Assembly: GCA_963782915.1 (NCBI GenBank) | Contig: CAWALK010000011.1 | Span: 107,929 to 171,928 of the forward strand | Source: an uncultured archaeon | Lineage (GTDB): Archaea; Thermoproteota; Bathyarchaeia; Bathyarchaeales; Bathycorpusculaceae | DNA length: 64,000 nucleotides | Direction of reading: 5' to 3' | Shown here: positions 34,926 through 44,939 of the stretch, piece after piece | Position numbering within the stretch: position 1 is the first letter of the stretch | How the letters are laid out: every line of letters begins with the position of its first letter | Notes under the pieces: generated by a model | Told to the model about the DNA's origin: nothing | Database searches by the model: none | Seen by the model: only the letters and a program-made list of their open reading frames with translations | Program-made: the position numbers and the translations under genes

Positions 34926-36530
34926 ATGAGCGTTAATCCGCCGGCTATATCGATTGCTTTGGGTTCTGTTGCGGTTCCCCAATCTGACGTTATAGAAGCC
35001 ACTGTGCATTTGGGTGCCACTAAAGAGGTTAGCAGCTGGGAGCTTCGACTTCAAAACTGGAATAGTAAATACAGCCCAAACGGCACCTATCCGCTCAATG
35101 TAGGCCAAGACGGCTACATCTGCATAGGCAGAGACACCAGCGTACCTCAACTCATCACTACAAGAACCGAGAGTATCAAGTTTCAATCAAGACCTGCAGA
35201 GCACTATGTTATTGTGGCTGGGCGATGTTGGGGCGAGAAGCTCTTTCGGCAAACAGTCACTAAAGACTATTCAGGTTCCAAAGGCGAAGACATAGTCAAG
35301 GATATCTTGGATTCTTTTTCAGGACTAAGCCATTTACGTGGCAGCACTGAACTGGTTGAGAACACAGATACAACTTTCACCGACTTCAAAGTGCAAGATA
35401 CTCAAGTTTGGGATATATTGCAAAAAATCGCCCAAGAAAGCGACAAAAATGGCGCCATTGGCTATGACTTTCGTACAGCACCGGAGGGTAAATTCGAGTT
35501 TTTCCCAAGAGCAACCAAAACCAGCCCCGTTACCCTCACAGACAAGATAGAATCCTATGAGTACTGGAAAGAAATAATTGCCCTCAGAAACAAAGTCACA
35601 ATCTTCGGAGCCCAAGACAAAAGCGCACCCTTAAACAAAGTTGACTGGACACAAAGCCTAACCCCAACCATATGTAGTTGGTCAGCAACCGCAGGCGAAA
35701 TCAGCATTGAAAACTCAATGGGCAGCCCCAACAGCATAAAACTACACGTAGAAAACAACTACTTCGGCGGCGCCCTCTTCACTTTAAACCCAACCTATTG
35801 GGTTAACACCAACATGTTTCCTGAACTGCACTTTGCCATCCAAAAAGAAACCTACTTCGACGGCCACTCCATGGTCATCTTGTTCGATACCTCCAACCGC
35901 GCAGCTAGCCGCCTCTATAGTTTTCAATCGCCCGGTAACGGTGGTATAGCTAATCAGTGGACAAGTGAAACATTCAAAGTTGGCGCTCTGAATGCTTCAG
36001 ATTGGTCGGTTGAAGCTGGTTTCGATTGGTCACAGGTAAATCGAGTTGGCTTTTACTGCTATCCAAGTCAGGTGACAGGTTCAGGTAGCTTTTGGATTGA
36101 TAAATTCTACTTTGGCGGCTTACGCTACAGCAGTATCCAGCAAGATGCGGCTAGCCAGGCATCTTATGGGCTTAGGGAGTTTATGGATGTTGATGAAGAG
36201 CTTTGGAGTGACATCGAATGCTCACTTAGAGCACGAGCCATTCTAGCCAATATGAAGGATCCGTTTGAATACATCGCACTCAAGAGCACCGTTATCGATT
36301 ACGGGGTTACACCATTTTTTGCAGCTGATATTGTAGCTATTGCTCTTCCAAATGAGAATGTAAGTGGAAATTTTCGTATTCTAAGCGCCGAATACCACGT
36401 CAAAGCCGAAAGTGGGGAACTAGAAGTTTCATTGGAACTTGGACGTGAGAAGTCGCTTTTGGCAGATTATGTGTACGCTTTGCGGTCCAAGGTGGATCGT
36501 GTTAACAGGTACAAGGTTGCGAGGTTATAG
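34926..36530 (+). CDS. Baseplate hub / tail-tip protein with inserted beta-sandwich
   Basis: L.LQNW..KY, WDILQKIA, G.FEFFPR and SQASYGLRE hub-like motifs. Confidence 0.65.
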   Translation: MSVNPPAISIALGSVAVPQSDVIEATVHLGATKEVSSWELRLQNWNSKYSPNGTYPLNVGQDGYICIGRDTSVPQLITTRTESIKFQSRPAEHYVIVAGRCWGEKLFRQTVTKDYSGSKGEDIVKDILDSFSGLSHLRGSTELVENTDTTFTDFKVQDTQVWDILQKIAQESDKNGAIGYDFRTAPEGKFEFFPRATKTSPVTLTDKIESYEYWKEIIALRNKVTIFGAQDKSAPLNKVDWTQSLTPTICSWSATAGEISIENSMGSPNSIKLHVENNYFGGALFTLNPTYWVNTNMFPELHFAIQKETYFDGHSMVILFDTSNRAASRLYSFQSPGNGGIANQWTSETFKVGALNASDWSVEAGFDWSQVNRVGFYCYPSQVTGSGSFWIDKFYFGGLRYSSIQQDAASQASYGLREFMDVDEELWSDIECSLRARAILANMKDPFEYIALKSTVIDYGVTPFFAADIVAIALPNENVSGNFRILSAEYHVKAESGELEVSLELGREKSLLADYVYALRSKVDRVNRYKVARL

Positions 36531-36534
36531 AACG

Positions 36535-36948
36535 ATGAGTAAACAAATCCTAAAACTATTAGAAAACATAAAACCCGGCGATCTAATCGCCATCGACTGG
36601 TGCGACGCTTCAGTAGGCAAAAGCAGCGGCTCAGGCATGACCATAGATGTCCCAGTGAAAAGTTGGGGCATATTCGTCGGTTTAATCGGCGATAGGGTTA
36701 AGCATATTGTGATTGCTCAGAACAGTTTCCGCTATGCCGACGGCATGTTCGATTTAGACTACACCGCCATCCCTATCGGTTGGGCGTTGGGCGTTACAGT
36801 TTTAGTCAAAGAGCATATTCCCACCGAATCAGCTAGCAGACTTGTTAACAGTTTCATGATGGGCGGACATCGTTCAATGAATCGCTCCAGAACTTTTCGG
36901 AGAGCACTTGCACAGCGGAGGTTGAGCATAGATGGCAGACACTATTAA
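36535..36948 (+). CDS. Small phage hypothetical protein (WxDA family)
   Basis: IAIDWCDAS...SWGIFVG...IVIAQN...TAIPIGW. Confidence 0.6.
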   Translation: MSKQILKLLENIKPGDLIAIDWCDASVGKSSGSGMTIDVPVKSWGIFVGLIGDRVKHIVIAQNSFRYADGMFDLDYTAIPIGWALGVTVLVKEHIPTESASRLVNSFMMGGHRSMNRSRTFRRALAQRRLSIDGRHY

Positions 36949-37174
36949 GCGCGCTTTGACTAGAAGGCGCTTTGAGAGGGGCCGTCTCATCGTTGAGGAA
37001 CCCACTGCTAAGCTTGTGTTGGGTGTAAAATTTGCCATCGGCATGACTGCGTTCATGTCAGCCCTTGAGTTGGCGCACTTAATCATTTTACATTCGTGGA
37101 ATGCTGAAATCTTCGCTTCTATCACCGGACTGAGCGGTACAGTCATTGGGTTGTTTGTGGGGCAAAAAACATGA
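36932..37174 (+). CDS. Small two-TM membrane protein (holin-like position)
   Basis: 80 aa with a basic N-terminus and two hydrophobic helices. Confidence 0.5.
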   Translation: MADTIKRALTRRRFERGRLIVEEPTAKLVLGVKFAIGMTAFMSALELAHLIILHSWNAEIFASITGLSGTVIGLFVGQKT

Positions 37175-37248
37175 TGAAAAGTAATCCATGGCGGGTAGAG
37201 GATGAGAAGATGGAGCCTGAATTAGGTCTAAGAGTTATTCCAAGGTGA
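37171..37248 (+). pseudogene. 25-aa TerS-N/TerL-C fusion remnant (deletion scar)
   Basis: Reads MMKSNPWRVEDEK-MEPELGLRVIPR; the last 12 aa match the TerL end MEPEPFLAVIPR at 9 of 12 positions. Confidence 0.6.
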
Positions 37249-38735
37249 CAAAAATGACCAGAAGACGAAATGAACCCTTCCGCATAACCCAGTTCCGAAG
37301 AATCTACAACAGAGAAGAAGGAAAATTTACCTTCAACATAAGCTATGAAACCCACACCAAAATAACGCCTAGGAGCCTTGTTGTGGCTGAAGCGTTTGGG
37401 TTAGGCATCGATGAAGCCCAGCGGTTCAAGGTTTTGGATGCTGAACTAAAGATTGGACCCAAAGACATAACGTATATCACAGGGGATTCGGGAAGCGGAA
37501 AATCCGTTTTGCTGCGGGCAATCAGGGCAGATTTAGGCGATGAAGCCATTGATTTGACAGAGGTTGCAGTGGACCCGGACAAGCCTTTAATTGAAACTGT
37601 CGGCGCCACCGTCGAGCAAGCCTTAGAACTCCTGAGTAAGGTAGGCTTAAACGATGCTTTCCTGTTTTTACGCTCTTACAGCCAACTCAGCGACGGACAA
37701 AAATACCGCTACAGAATCGCCAAAATGATTGAAAGTAAAGCCAAATTTTTTCTGTGCGATGAATTTTGTGCTTGCCTTGATCGAGACACTGCCAAAATAA
37801 TCGCCTACAATCTGCAGAAAATCGCACGGCAGCAGGGCAAAGCAGTCATAGCTGCCACAACCCACAGCGACTTACAAGAAGACCTTAAACCCAGCGTACT
37901 TGTGCGTAAGCGGTTTGGCGAAGAAATCCACATCGACTACTACCCAAACACCCCAGCAGCCGAATGCAGCTTAACCAAAGAAATGAAAATAGAGCCGGGA
38001 ACAAAGGAAGACTGGAAAAAACTAAGCCCTTTCCACTATAGAGGCCATGGCATTTCGGTCCCTCGAAAAATATTCAAAATGACAAGGGGTGATGAGCTCT
38101 GCGGCGTCATCGTCTATACTTACCCGCCTCCAGCATGCTACGGACGACGACTTGTGCTACCAAGAATGACAATGCAAGAAATCAACCAAAAACTAAGCAC
38201 AATAAACCGCATAGTAATTCACCCCAAATACAGAACTATAGGTCTCGGAGAGAAAATAATCCGTGAAACGCTTCCGCAAGTCGGCACACCAAACGTTGAG
38301 TTGATGGCTGTAATGGCAAAATATTCACCTTTTGCCGAGAAAGCAGGGATGCAAAGAGTGGTTGAACAGCAGTCAGTTGAAAGTGTTAAAACTTTAACGC
38401 AGACACTTCTAGCGGCTGGGATTCAATTTGCAGCTTCTTGGCAGTCAGCACTATGTAGAATCAAAACTCCAAAACCTAACTGAGGAACAAATAATGGAAC
38501 TCAAGACTGCCTTTATGGCAAACAAGCATCCACGATTCAAAAAAGAGGTAGCCAGCAGACCGACATAACCCATATGGAAAAACATCCGATTACCTGACAT
38601 ACGTGCAAAACGGCTGACAACTCGAGAATTGGCAGGTTGATTAAGATTCTTGCAATGCTATCCCAAACAAAAGTTTACCTGTTTTGGAAAAATGATAACG
38701 GATACGAACTGTCAAGAGACGTGAGTAAGGACTAA
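37245..38735 (+). CDS. ABC-type ATPase fused to a GNAT (Mom-like) acyltransferase (frameshifts near the 3' end)
   Basis: GDSGSGKS, LSDGQKYR, CDEF and ATTH motifs, then FHYR...INRIVIHPKYRTIGLG (GNAT motif A). Confidence 0.8.
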
Positions 38736-40957
38736 AAATTAATTGATCACTCTGAGGATTTAAGTAGCCATTTCCAGAGTGGAAGGAATACAACTGCTTT
38801 GTTATTTACTACTGTAGATGCTTCGTAATCCCACGTGATAACGAGCATATTATCACAATTCAATTCTATGGCAGCAACATTGAAGGATTCAAGCTCTCTT
38901 TGGTCTATTTCGTTTTTTGCTGAGGCGTAGGTTACTTGTATAAGCTGTTGGATTGACTCTGCAGTTTTAACGATAAAGTCGATTTCTTTTCCGGTGTGAT
39001 CTTTCCAGTAATAGAGTTCGTATTCTGGATAGAAGTATAGTTTTCTTCTTAATAGCTCTATGAACACTATGTTTTCCATTAATCTGCCGGGGTCTTTGCT
39101 TAGTTTAAACGCTACATTGTTGGCTAAGCCGGTGTCGATGCAGTAAACCTTCTTTGGGGCTTTGAATTGCTCTTTGAGTTTATAGGAAAATCTTTCTAGC
39201 AGAAATATGAGGTAGGCGTCTGAGATGTATGCGGTGTATTTAGCTATTGTATGTGGATCTTTTATTTCTAGGGTTGTTTTTAGTTTGTTGAAGGTGATTT
39301 CTTTTGCGCTGTTTGAGATTAAGTATTTTGCGAGTTCTCTTAGGTTTTGGGTTTTTCTTATTTTGTGGTGCCCTATAATGTCGTTTTCTATTATGTCCCT
39401 ATAAATCTCGTTTAGCATTATGCTGCCGAACTTGCCAACTTCTGGGAAGCCTCCTTTCTCAATGAACTCTAAAAGGGTTTTTTTTACCATGACAACGCTA
39501 CTTGTGGAGTAAGCCCAGTTTTCGGTTAAGGTTATGTTTTTTGTTCGTAGATATTCTTTGAAGCTGAATGGTAGAAGCGTTACATCAATGTGTCTGCCTG
39601 TTAGGAAAGTAGCGAGGTTTCCCCTCAGGAGGTCTGAGTTACTGCCAGTTATTACTATTTTTTTTGTTGTTCTAAGTCTGCTAACGAATCTTTCCCAATC
39701 GGGGACTTTCTGTATCTCATCAAATACAAAGTATGTTACGTCGTTGCCGTACAATTCGTAAAATGCTTGTATAACTTGGTTTAATTCTTCGGCTTTTAAG
39801 TCAATTAGTCTTTCATCGAAGAAGTTTATGTAGCCGAATTTTTCTTTGCTGAGTAGTAGCCAGGAAAATATAGATTTGCCGCATCGTCTAATGCCCAAGA
39901 TAGCTAACACGTTGGGTTTTGATAGATAATTTTTAACCTGTGTAGTATCTATGTCTCTGTTTATGATTGGTTCTCTTTCAAAAAGACCTTCTACGTCTTC
40001 TTTTTGGGATGTGATTATAGCTTTAAGCTCTTCAATATTCATGTACTCTAAACTAATCGCATAGTTTTATAAAAAGTGTGTTGTTAGAGTGATAGAAACT
40101 TTAAAGACTGATGTCCTTATCGATTCAGGGGCAACCACTACTTTCATTCCGTTTGATACTTAAATCACTTCCAAAACGTTTCTTGAGCACAGAGGTAGTA
40201 ATTTGGAAAAAACAAAGAAGGAATTCACGGCCTACATGAGAGGGGATATTTTTTCAAGGACCAAAATTTGTAATCGAAAAAATGGCACCTTGTATAAAGA
40301 GCATGGATGAAATACTAAACAAACCTAAGTAGACTTCTTGCTATAGCCCGCTTCAAAAGGCGTGCTCTTTAATAATGAACGAGGGCTATTTTGTTGTTTT
40401 AGTTAAGCATTCTGCCCTTTGCAAGAATCGTTAGAGCATGAATTGAACCATATTCTAAACAATTACGATAGCACCTAGAAAACGCATTCTCTTTGGCAGG
40501 TTTCACTGTAATACCAGCAGATGTTAAATTGAAAGACGCTTATAAAAAACATAAAACTCCAGCGCGCGTTGAATTGATCGCTGTAATGGCAAAATATTCG
40601 CCCTTTGCCGAGAAAGCAGGTATGCAAAGAGTTGTTGAACAGCAGTCAGTTGAAAGCGTTAAAACTTTAACGCAGACACTCCAGCGGCTCGGATTCAATT
40701 TACAGCTTCTTGGCAGTCAGCGCTATGTAGAATCAAAACTCCAAAACCTGACTGAGGAACAAATAAAGGAACTCAAGACTGCCTTTATGGCAAACAAGCA
40801 TCCGCGCTTCAAAAAAGAAGTAGCCAGCAACCGACATACCCCATATGGAAAAACATCCGATTACCTGACATATGTGCAAAACGCTGACATCTTGAGAATT
40901 GGCAGGTTGATTAAGATTCTTTCGATGTTGTCGCAAACAAAGGTTTACCTGTTTTGG
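38295..40957 (+). repeat. ~390-bp imperfect direct repeat (38295-38687 and 40568-40957)
   Basis: Both copies encode VEL.AVMAKYSPFAEKAGMQRVVEQQSVESVK...QTKVYLFW. Confidence 0.9.
38747..40042 (-). CDS. AAA_14 ATPase with DUF4143-type C-terminal domain
   Basis: GIRRCGKS, FDEIQ, ITGSNS, GGFPE, KKVYCIDTGL, ENIVF.EL and EIDF motifs. Confidence 0.9.
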   Translation of the reverse strand: MNIEELKAIITSQKEDVEGLFEREPIINRDIDTTQVKNYLSKPNVLAILGIRRCGKSIFSWLLLSKEKFGYINFFDERLIDLKAEELNQVIQAFYELYGNDVTYFVFDEIQKVPDWERFVSRLRTTKKIVITGSNSDLLRGNLATFLTGRHIDVTLLPFSFKEYLRTKNITLTENWAYSTSSVVMVKKTLLEFIEKGGFPEVGKFGSIMLNEIYRDIIENDIIGHHKIRKTQNLRELAKYLISNSAKEITFNKLKTTLEIKDPHTIAKYTAYISDAYLIFLLERFSYKLKEQFKAPKKVYCIDTGLANNVAFKLSKDPGRLMENIVFIELLRRKLYFYPEYELYYWKDHTGKEIDFIVKTAESIQQLIQVTYASAKNEIDQRELESFNVAAIELNCDNMLVITWDYEASTVVNNKAVVFLPLWKWLLKSSE

Positions 40958-40986
40958 CAGCAATAAACCGGTTCGATTAAACAATA

Positions 40987-41084
40987 AAGTAAGGATTTTC
41001 AAAAGATCGATTTTTTGATTTTCCTTACTTTCCCATATTGATCTGTAAGGATTTTCAAAACTTTTATATTTTGATATTCCTTAC
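40987..41084. promoter_or_regulatory. Two tandem inverted repeats upstream of the AbiE operon
   Basis: GTAAGGATTTTCAAAA-N8-TTTTGAT(T/A)TTCCTTAC occurs twice; the second spacer holds a TTTATA box. Confidence 0.7.
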
Positions 41085-41933
41085 TTGAGAAGCATGGCGT
41101 GGAAAGAAAATATACTAAGTAGCATAAAAGAGGCGTTCCACGATAAAGTTTTCAGTACTAAAGATGTCTTGGCTTTATGTAATAATTACTCAAATGGATC
41201 TTTGTACCGGGTTTTGCATGATTTGGTAGAAAGTGAGAAGTTAGAGCGATTAGGTAGGGGTACATATAAAGTAAAGACCAATCGAATTGCAAGCAAAGAA
41301 TTCGGAGATAGATTAACAATTTCTGACCACTTGACCGTTAAACTCATTCCAGGGTCACCAACAATAGCGAAAAAGATCCTAGAAGAAAAAGGAATTGAGT
41401 TTATGATAACTGGAATGCCCGTATTTTTTAGTCATATCCATTATTTACCAAGACGTTTGATCATTCTTATTTACGTCATAAAAGGATCTGGAGAAAATGC
41501 GGTTTTTGCGCTTCGAGAAGCAGGTTGGAAAGCACTATTAGACCCAACTTTTAGTGAGATTAATGTAATTTTAGAAACCACAACTGATAGGGATCTTTTC
41601 GTTATCCGGGAATTCTCTGAGTTAATCGGTAATTGTAACGGCTTTGCGAATGTTGAACGAGCTTTAGTTGATTTGTACTTTGAAACAACAAGAGGTAAAA
41701 TCCCTTCCTCTAAAGAAGAACTTGCTAGAATTTTATTTGATGTTTTCAGAGATGAACCTATAAGTTATAGTAGGCTAAAGGAATTTGCTTACAGACGTGG
41801 AATCGGATCTGAAATCAAAGCGGTAATCAACTTTTTGGACCCTCATGTTGATGGCAGTCATGGACCCTTGCACGTACCAGAAAGCAGAGGCATAGAGTTT
41901 CTAAACCTTCTAAAAAAGCTAAGTTGGAGATAA
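41085..41933 (+). CDS. Type IV TA antitoxin, AbiEi-like
   Basis: N-terminal wHTH (LYRVLHDLV...LERLGRGTY) and C-terminal ERALVDL. Confidence 0.75.
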   Translation: MRSMAWKENILSSIKEAFHDKVFSTKDVLALCNNYSNGSLYRVLHDLVESEKLERLGRGTYKVKTNRIASKEFGDRLTISDHLTVKLIPGSPTIAKKILEEKGIEFMITGMPVFFSHIHYLPRRLIILIYVIKGSGENAVFALREAGWKALLDPTFSEINVILETTTDRDLFVIREFSELIGNCNGFANVERALVDLYFETTRGKIPSSKEELARILFDVFRDEPISYSRLKEFAYRRGIGSEIKAVINFLDPHVDGSHGPLHVPESRGIEFLNLLKKLSWR

Positions 41934-41934
41934 T

Positions 41935-43080
41935 ATGATTCATAACAAAAAATTCTTTCAAAAAATAGAGATTCTTCGAAGAGCAGCAGAATATGAATTT
42001 CCAAATCCGATTGCGATTGAATACTTTGCGTGGGACTGCGAACTTACTGCAAGACTCCAAAGTATCTCAGATGATCTTATATTAAAAGGCGGAGCCGCGA
42101 CTCAATTACACCTTCCTTTGCAGAAACAAAGAGGCAGCAAGGATGTGGATATATCAACTTCATTGGAACTATCAGACATACAAGCTATTTTAGACAAGTG
42201 TGAAGCGAAGTTTAATGATGGCGTTAAGTTTGTACTCTATACACCTAAGAATCCAACCCCCAATATGCCTCTAAAAACATATTTTGCTCATGTGCCTTCT
42301 GAAGTAGACACTAATAGAAATGAGCTTGAAGTGAAAATCGATTTTCTATGCAAATGCCCTGCGCTCAAAAGTGAAATATTGAACAAAATTCAAACTTATG
42401 CAATAGAGACTCAGGCAATAAAATGCTCTACAGCTGGAACCCTTACGGGCGACAAGCTACTTTCTCTAGCGAAGGGTAGTATTGGATTAGATATTGAGGA
42501 GAATTACCCAAAGCAAATCTATGATGTAGATGCTCTAATACACACATGTGAAGTTACAGAACATTTTATTGATGATTTTATAAAAGCGATAGCTTGCTTA
42601 GTTGATACGGAAGCTAACTACAGGCGAATTAAGGTAGAAACCCAAAACGTTCTAAAGGACATCGTAGCTGCGATGCAGAACTATTCGTTAGTCGATATGC
42701 CTAATGGAGACAAGGAATTGAAGAAGAATATCGATTCTTTCCAACAATTTTACGTTAATGCAAGTCAAAGAACGACTAGAGACGAATGGAGTACAAAAGC
42801 CCTTAGAATAAAGTTCCTCGCAGAACTTGCCTTCTCGTTGAGCGAAGAAAAGATTAACAAAAAAGATGCAGTTCAACTTATTGCTCATTGCAAGACAACT
42901 GAAGATGCTTTAAACGGAATTACAGGCGCTAGCGTCAAGGATACAAGAAGCAAGATGTTAGCTCTTCATAAGGAAAGATTAGAGAACTTTAAAGATTTAC
43001 GAGGGAAGTCTTTACAACGGGTATTCTGGCAAATATTGACTATTGAAAGATTACGACAACTGGAATCTATCGTAAAATAG
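41935..43080 (+). CDS. Type IV TA toxin, AbiEii-like nucleotidyltransferase
   Basis: LILKGGAA.QL....RGSKDVDI, KIDF, DKL and QIYD motifs. Confidence 0.85.
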   Translation: MIHNKKFFQKIEILRRAAEYEFPNPIAIEYFAWDCELTARLQSISDDLILKGGAATQLHLPLQKQRGSKDVDISTSLELSDIQAILDKCEAKFNDGVKFVLYTPKNPTPNMPLKTYFAHVPSEVDTNRNELEVKIDFLCKCPALKSEILNKIQTYAIETQAIKCSTAGTLTGDKLLSLAKGSIGLDIEENYPKQIYDVDALIHTCEVTEHFIDDFIKAIACLVDTEANYRRIKVETQNVLKDIVAAMQNYSLVDMPNGDKELKKNIDSFQQFYVNASQRTTRDEWSTKALRIKFLAELAFSLSEEKINKKDAVQLIAHCKTTEDALNGITGASVKDTRSKMLALHKERLENFKDLRGKSLQRVFWQILTIERLRQLESIVK

Positions 43081-43257
43081 GAAAAAAATGAATGTGATAT
43101 CTCCAATTGGTTTGACTTAAAATCCCAGTGGTCAACATATATCCGAAAAAGTACGGCTCCTTTTTTTATTCTTTTTCCACTCAACGGACCAAAAACTAAA
43201 ATCAGGATTATACAATATGTTTTAGCGAGGGCTACTTGCCTTTAGGATTGATCGTAT

Positions 43258-43938
43258 ATGCAATGTGAAGATAAGCTGGGTGAGGCACGGTTCTTTCTTC
43301 GAAAACTTGAGTTCACACCACAAGACGCGGGGCACGATACAGAGTTCATGTACTTACTTAGTGCCTTTCTAAGTTCATGGCGAAGCGTCACTGACGTTAT
43401 GCTTTATGACTTTGCTGATAAATTTCACCTCGGTTTTTCAAGAGATGAGCCAATTACAGACCATGATTTGGAAATTGCCGCCAGAGCGGCCAGCAATGCC
43501 CAAGCGTCTCAGTTCGTAGTTTGGTTTAAACAACAATTGGGCACCTTAGGCAATAACCCACTTTCTAGGAAAAGAAACATCATTGTACATAGGGGGTACC
43601 CTGAGATGATGCATGTGCATTCCGTTTATGTAGCTGATTCTATGGCTTTGTCGAGTTCTTTTTACTTGAGTAATCCCCAAATCAATGCGCCGGTAACAAT
43701 GGCGCAAGGGGCTGAAGCAGGAACAGGTGGAGGAGCTATACCCACTGCCGCCGCAGTACCGGGAACTGGTGAGCCCTTAACTACACCGCAACCAACAACT
43801 GCTCAGACAACAACCGTCACCCGAACGGAGTTACGCTTCCAAGATCGCCAGGATATGAGCGCTGTAGCTTATTGCCAACAAGCATTCACACAAATGGAAA
43901 CAGTTGTAAATTCAGCTTTGGCGCAGTTTGGCAGATAG
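43258..43938 (+). CDS. Putative HEPN-like protein
   Basis: EARFFL N-terminal helix and an RNIIVH (Rx4H) motif. Confidence 0.45.
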   Translation: MQCEDKLGEARFFLRKLEFTPQDAGHDTEFMYLLSAFLSSWRSVTDVMLYDFADKFHLGFSRDEPITDHDLEIAARAASNAQASQFVVWFKQQLGTLGNNPLSRKRNIIVHRGYPEMMHVHSVYVADSMALSSSFYLSNPQINAPVTMAQGAEAGTGGGAIPTAAAVPGTGEPLTTPQPTTAQTTTVTRTELRFQDRQDMSAVAYCQQAFTQMETVVNSALAQFGR

Positions 43939-43957
43939 AATATTAATTCTAAAAGGT

Positions 43958-44689
43958 TTAGAGCTTTTGATTTAGTCTTTCGTAGTCTTCTGGCTCTATT
44001 GCATGTTTCTTTCTTAGATAATTGAGGTATTGACTGAACTCATCATGCTTTGTGTAAATTACATAGTTATGTTCATCCACAAGTTTAGGTAATGTTTCGT
44101 AACCGCACGAGCCTCGAATAAATGCGCAAGCATTTTCAAAGTTCAATTTTCTGTCATCTATGCAAACAGCTAAAGCCTCTCGTAACTCTGTCTGCATCAA
44201 TGGCAAAAACTCGGAAGCGTATATTACCCCAAACTTTTTTTGCTCATTTCCCAAGATTCCTGCCCTTATTCTCATATCCCACATCACTATTAAGTGAGGG
44301 AGAATCGTATGAAGGATTTTGGAGCAGTCAGTCGATTCGTAGGCTTCTTCTGAGCTGGGCGCAAGCTTATCGAAGATATTGCCGATGTCTTCTCTAAGAG
44401 CCGTATCAAGGTTTACACTTTCAAGTTTCAAACCTTTCACCTTGATTAAAACTGGGAGAATTTCTTGGTATACACTGAATACCTTCATCGAGTTCTTCAT
44501 TCTAAAATGCATATCCCATTTTGGGATAAAGCGTAGTAGTTTCTCTATCTCGAAGAGGTCAACTGATTCGGGCCATTTGGTCCAATCCTTCACCTCCTTC
44601 ATATAGATGTCGTAATGCTTCGCCCTAGATTCTAAAGCCCAGAATGCTTTGTGTGTGACAAAGAGGTCCCTGTAATGCAAGTGTTTCAA
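43958..44689 (-). CDS. Hypothetical protein with SKxLHxxxPxxxxxWD motif
   Basis: STDCSKILHTILPHLIVMWDMRIR; 243-aa intact ORF. Confidence 0.55.
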   Translation of the reverse strand: MKHLHYRDLFVTHKAFWALESRAKHYDIYMKEVKDWTKWPESVDLFEIEKLLRFIPKWDMHFRMKNSMKVFSVYQEILPVLIKVKGLKLESVNLDTALREDIGNIFDKLAPSSEEAYESTDCSKILHTILPHLIVMWDMRIRAGILGNEQKKFGVIYASEFLPLMQTELREALAVCIDDRKLNFENACAFIRGSCGYETLPKLVDEHNYVIYTKHDEFSQYLNYLRKKHAIEPEDYERLNQKL

Positions 44690-44939
44690 CCCAGATAGAA
44701 TCTTTTTGGGCAGTTTATGTATTAATAATTTGCTTGTTCACTCTTTTGAGGACAAGAATTGGTAGTTTGGATTAATGGCCCTTTTTATCGGTAACCCGCA
44801 TTTAGTAGCGATTTTTAGTAAAATATGTCTGCTGGTTTTTTCGAGTTTCATTCACTTGCTTGTTTTTTCCCTTTTTATTTTACAAGTATGGTTGCATATG
44901 AGACGAATGTTTTAAAAATCAAGCAAGCATAGTAGAAGC

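Noticed and set aside
38295-40957. Diversity-generating retroelement template/variable repeat pair
   Set aside because: No reverse transcriptase in the window, and the differences are mostly synonymous and not adenine-specific.
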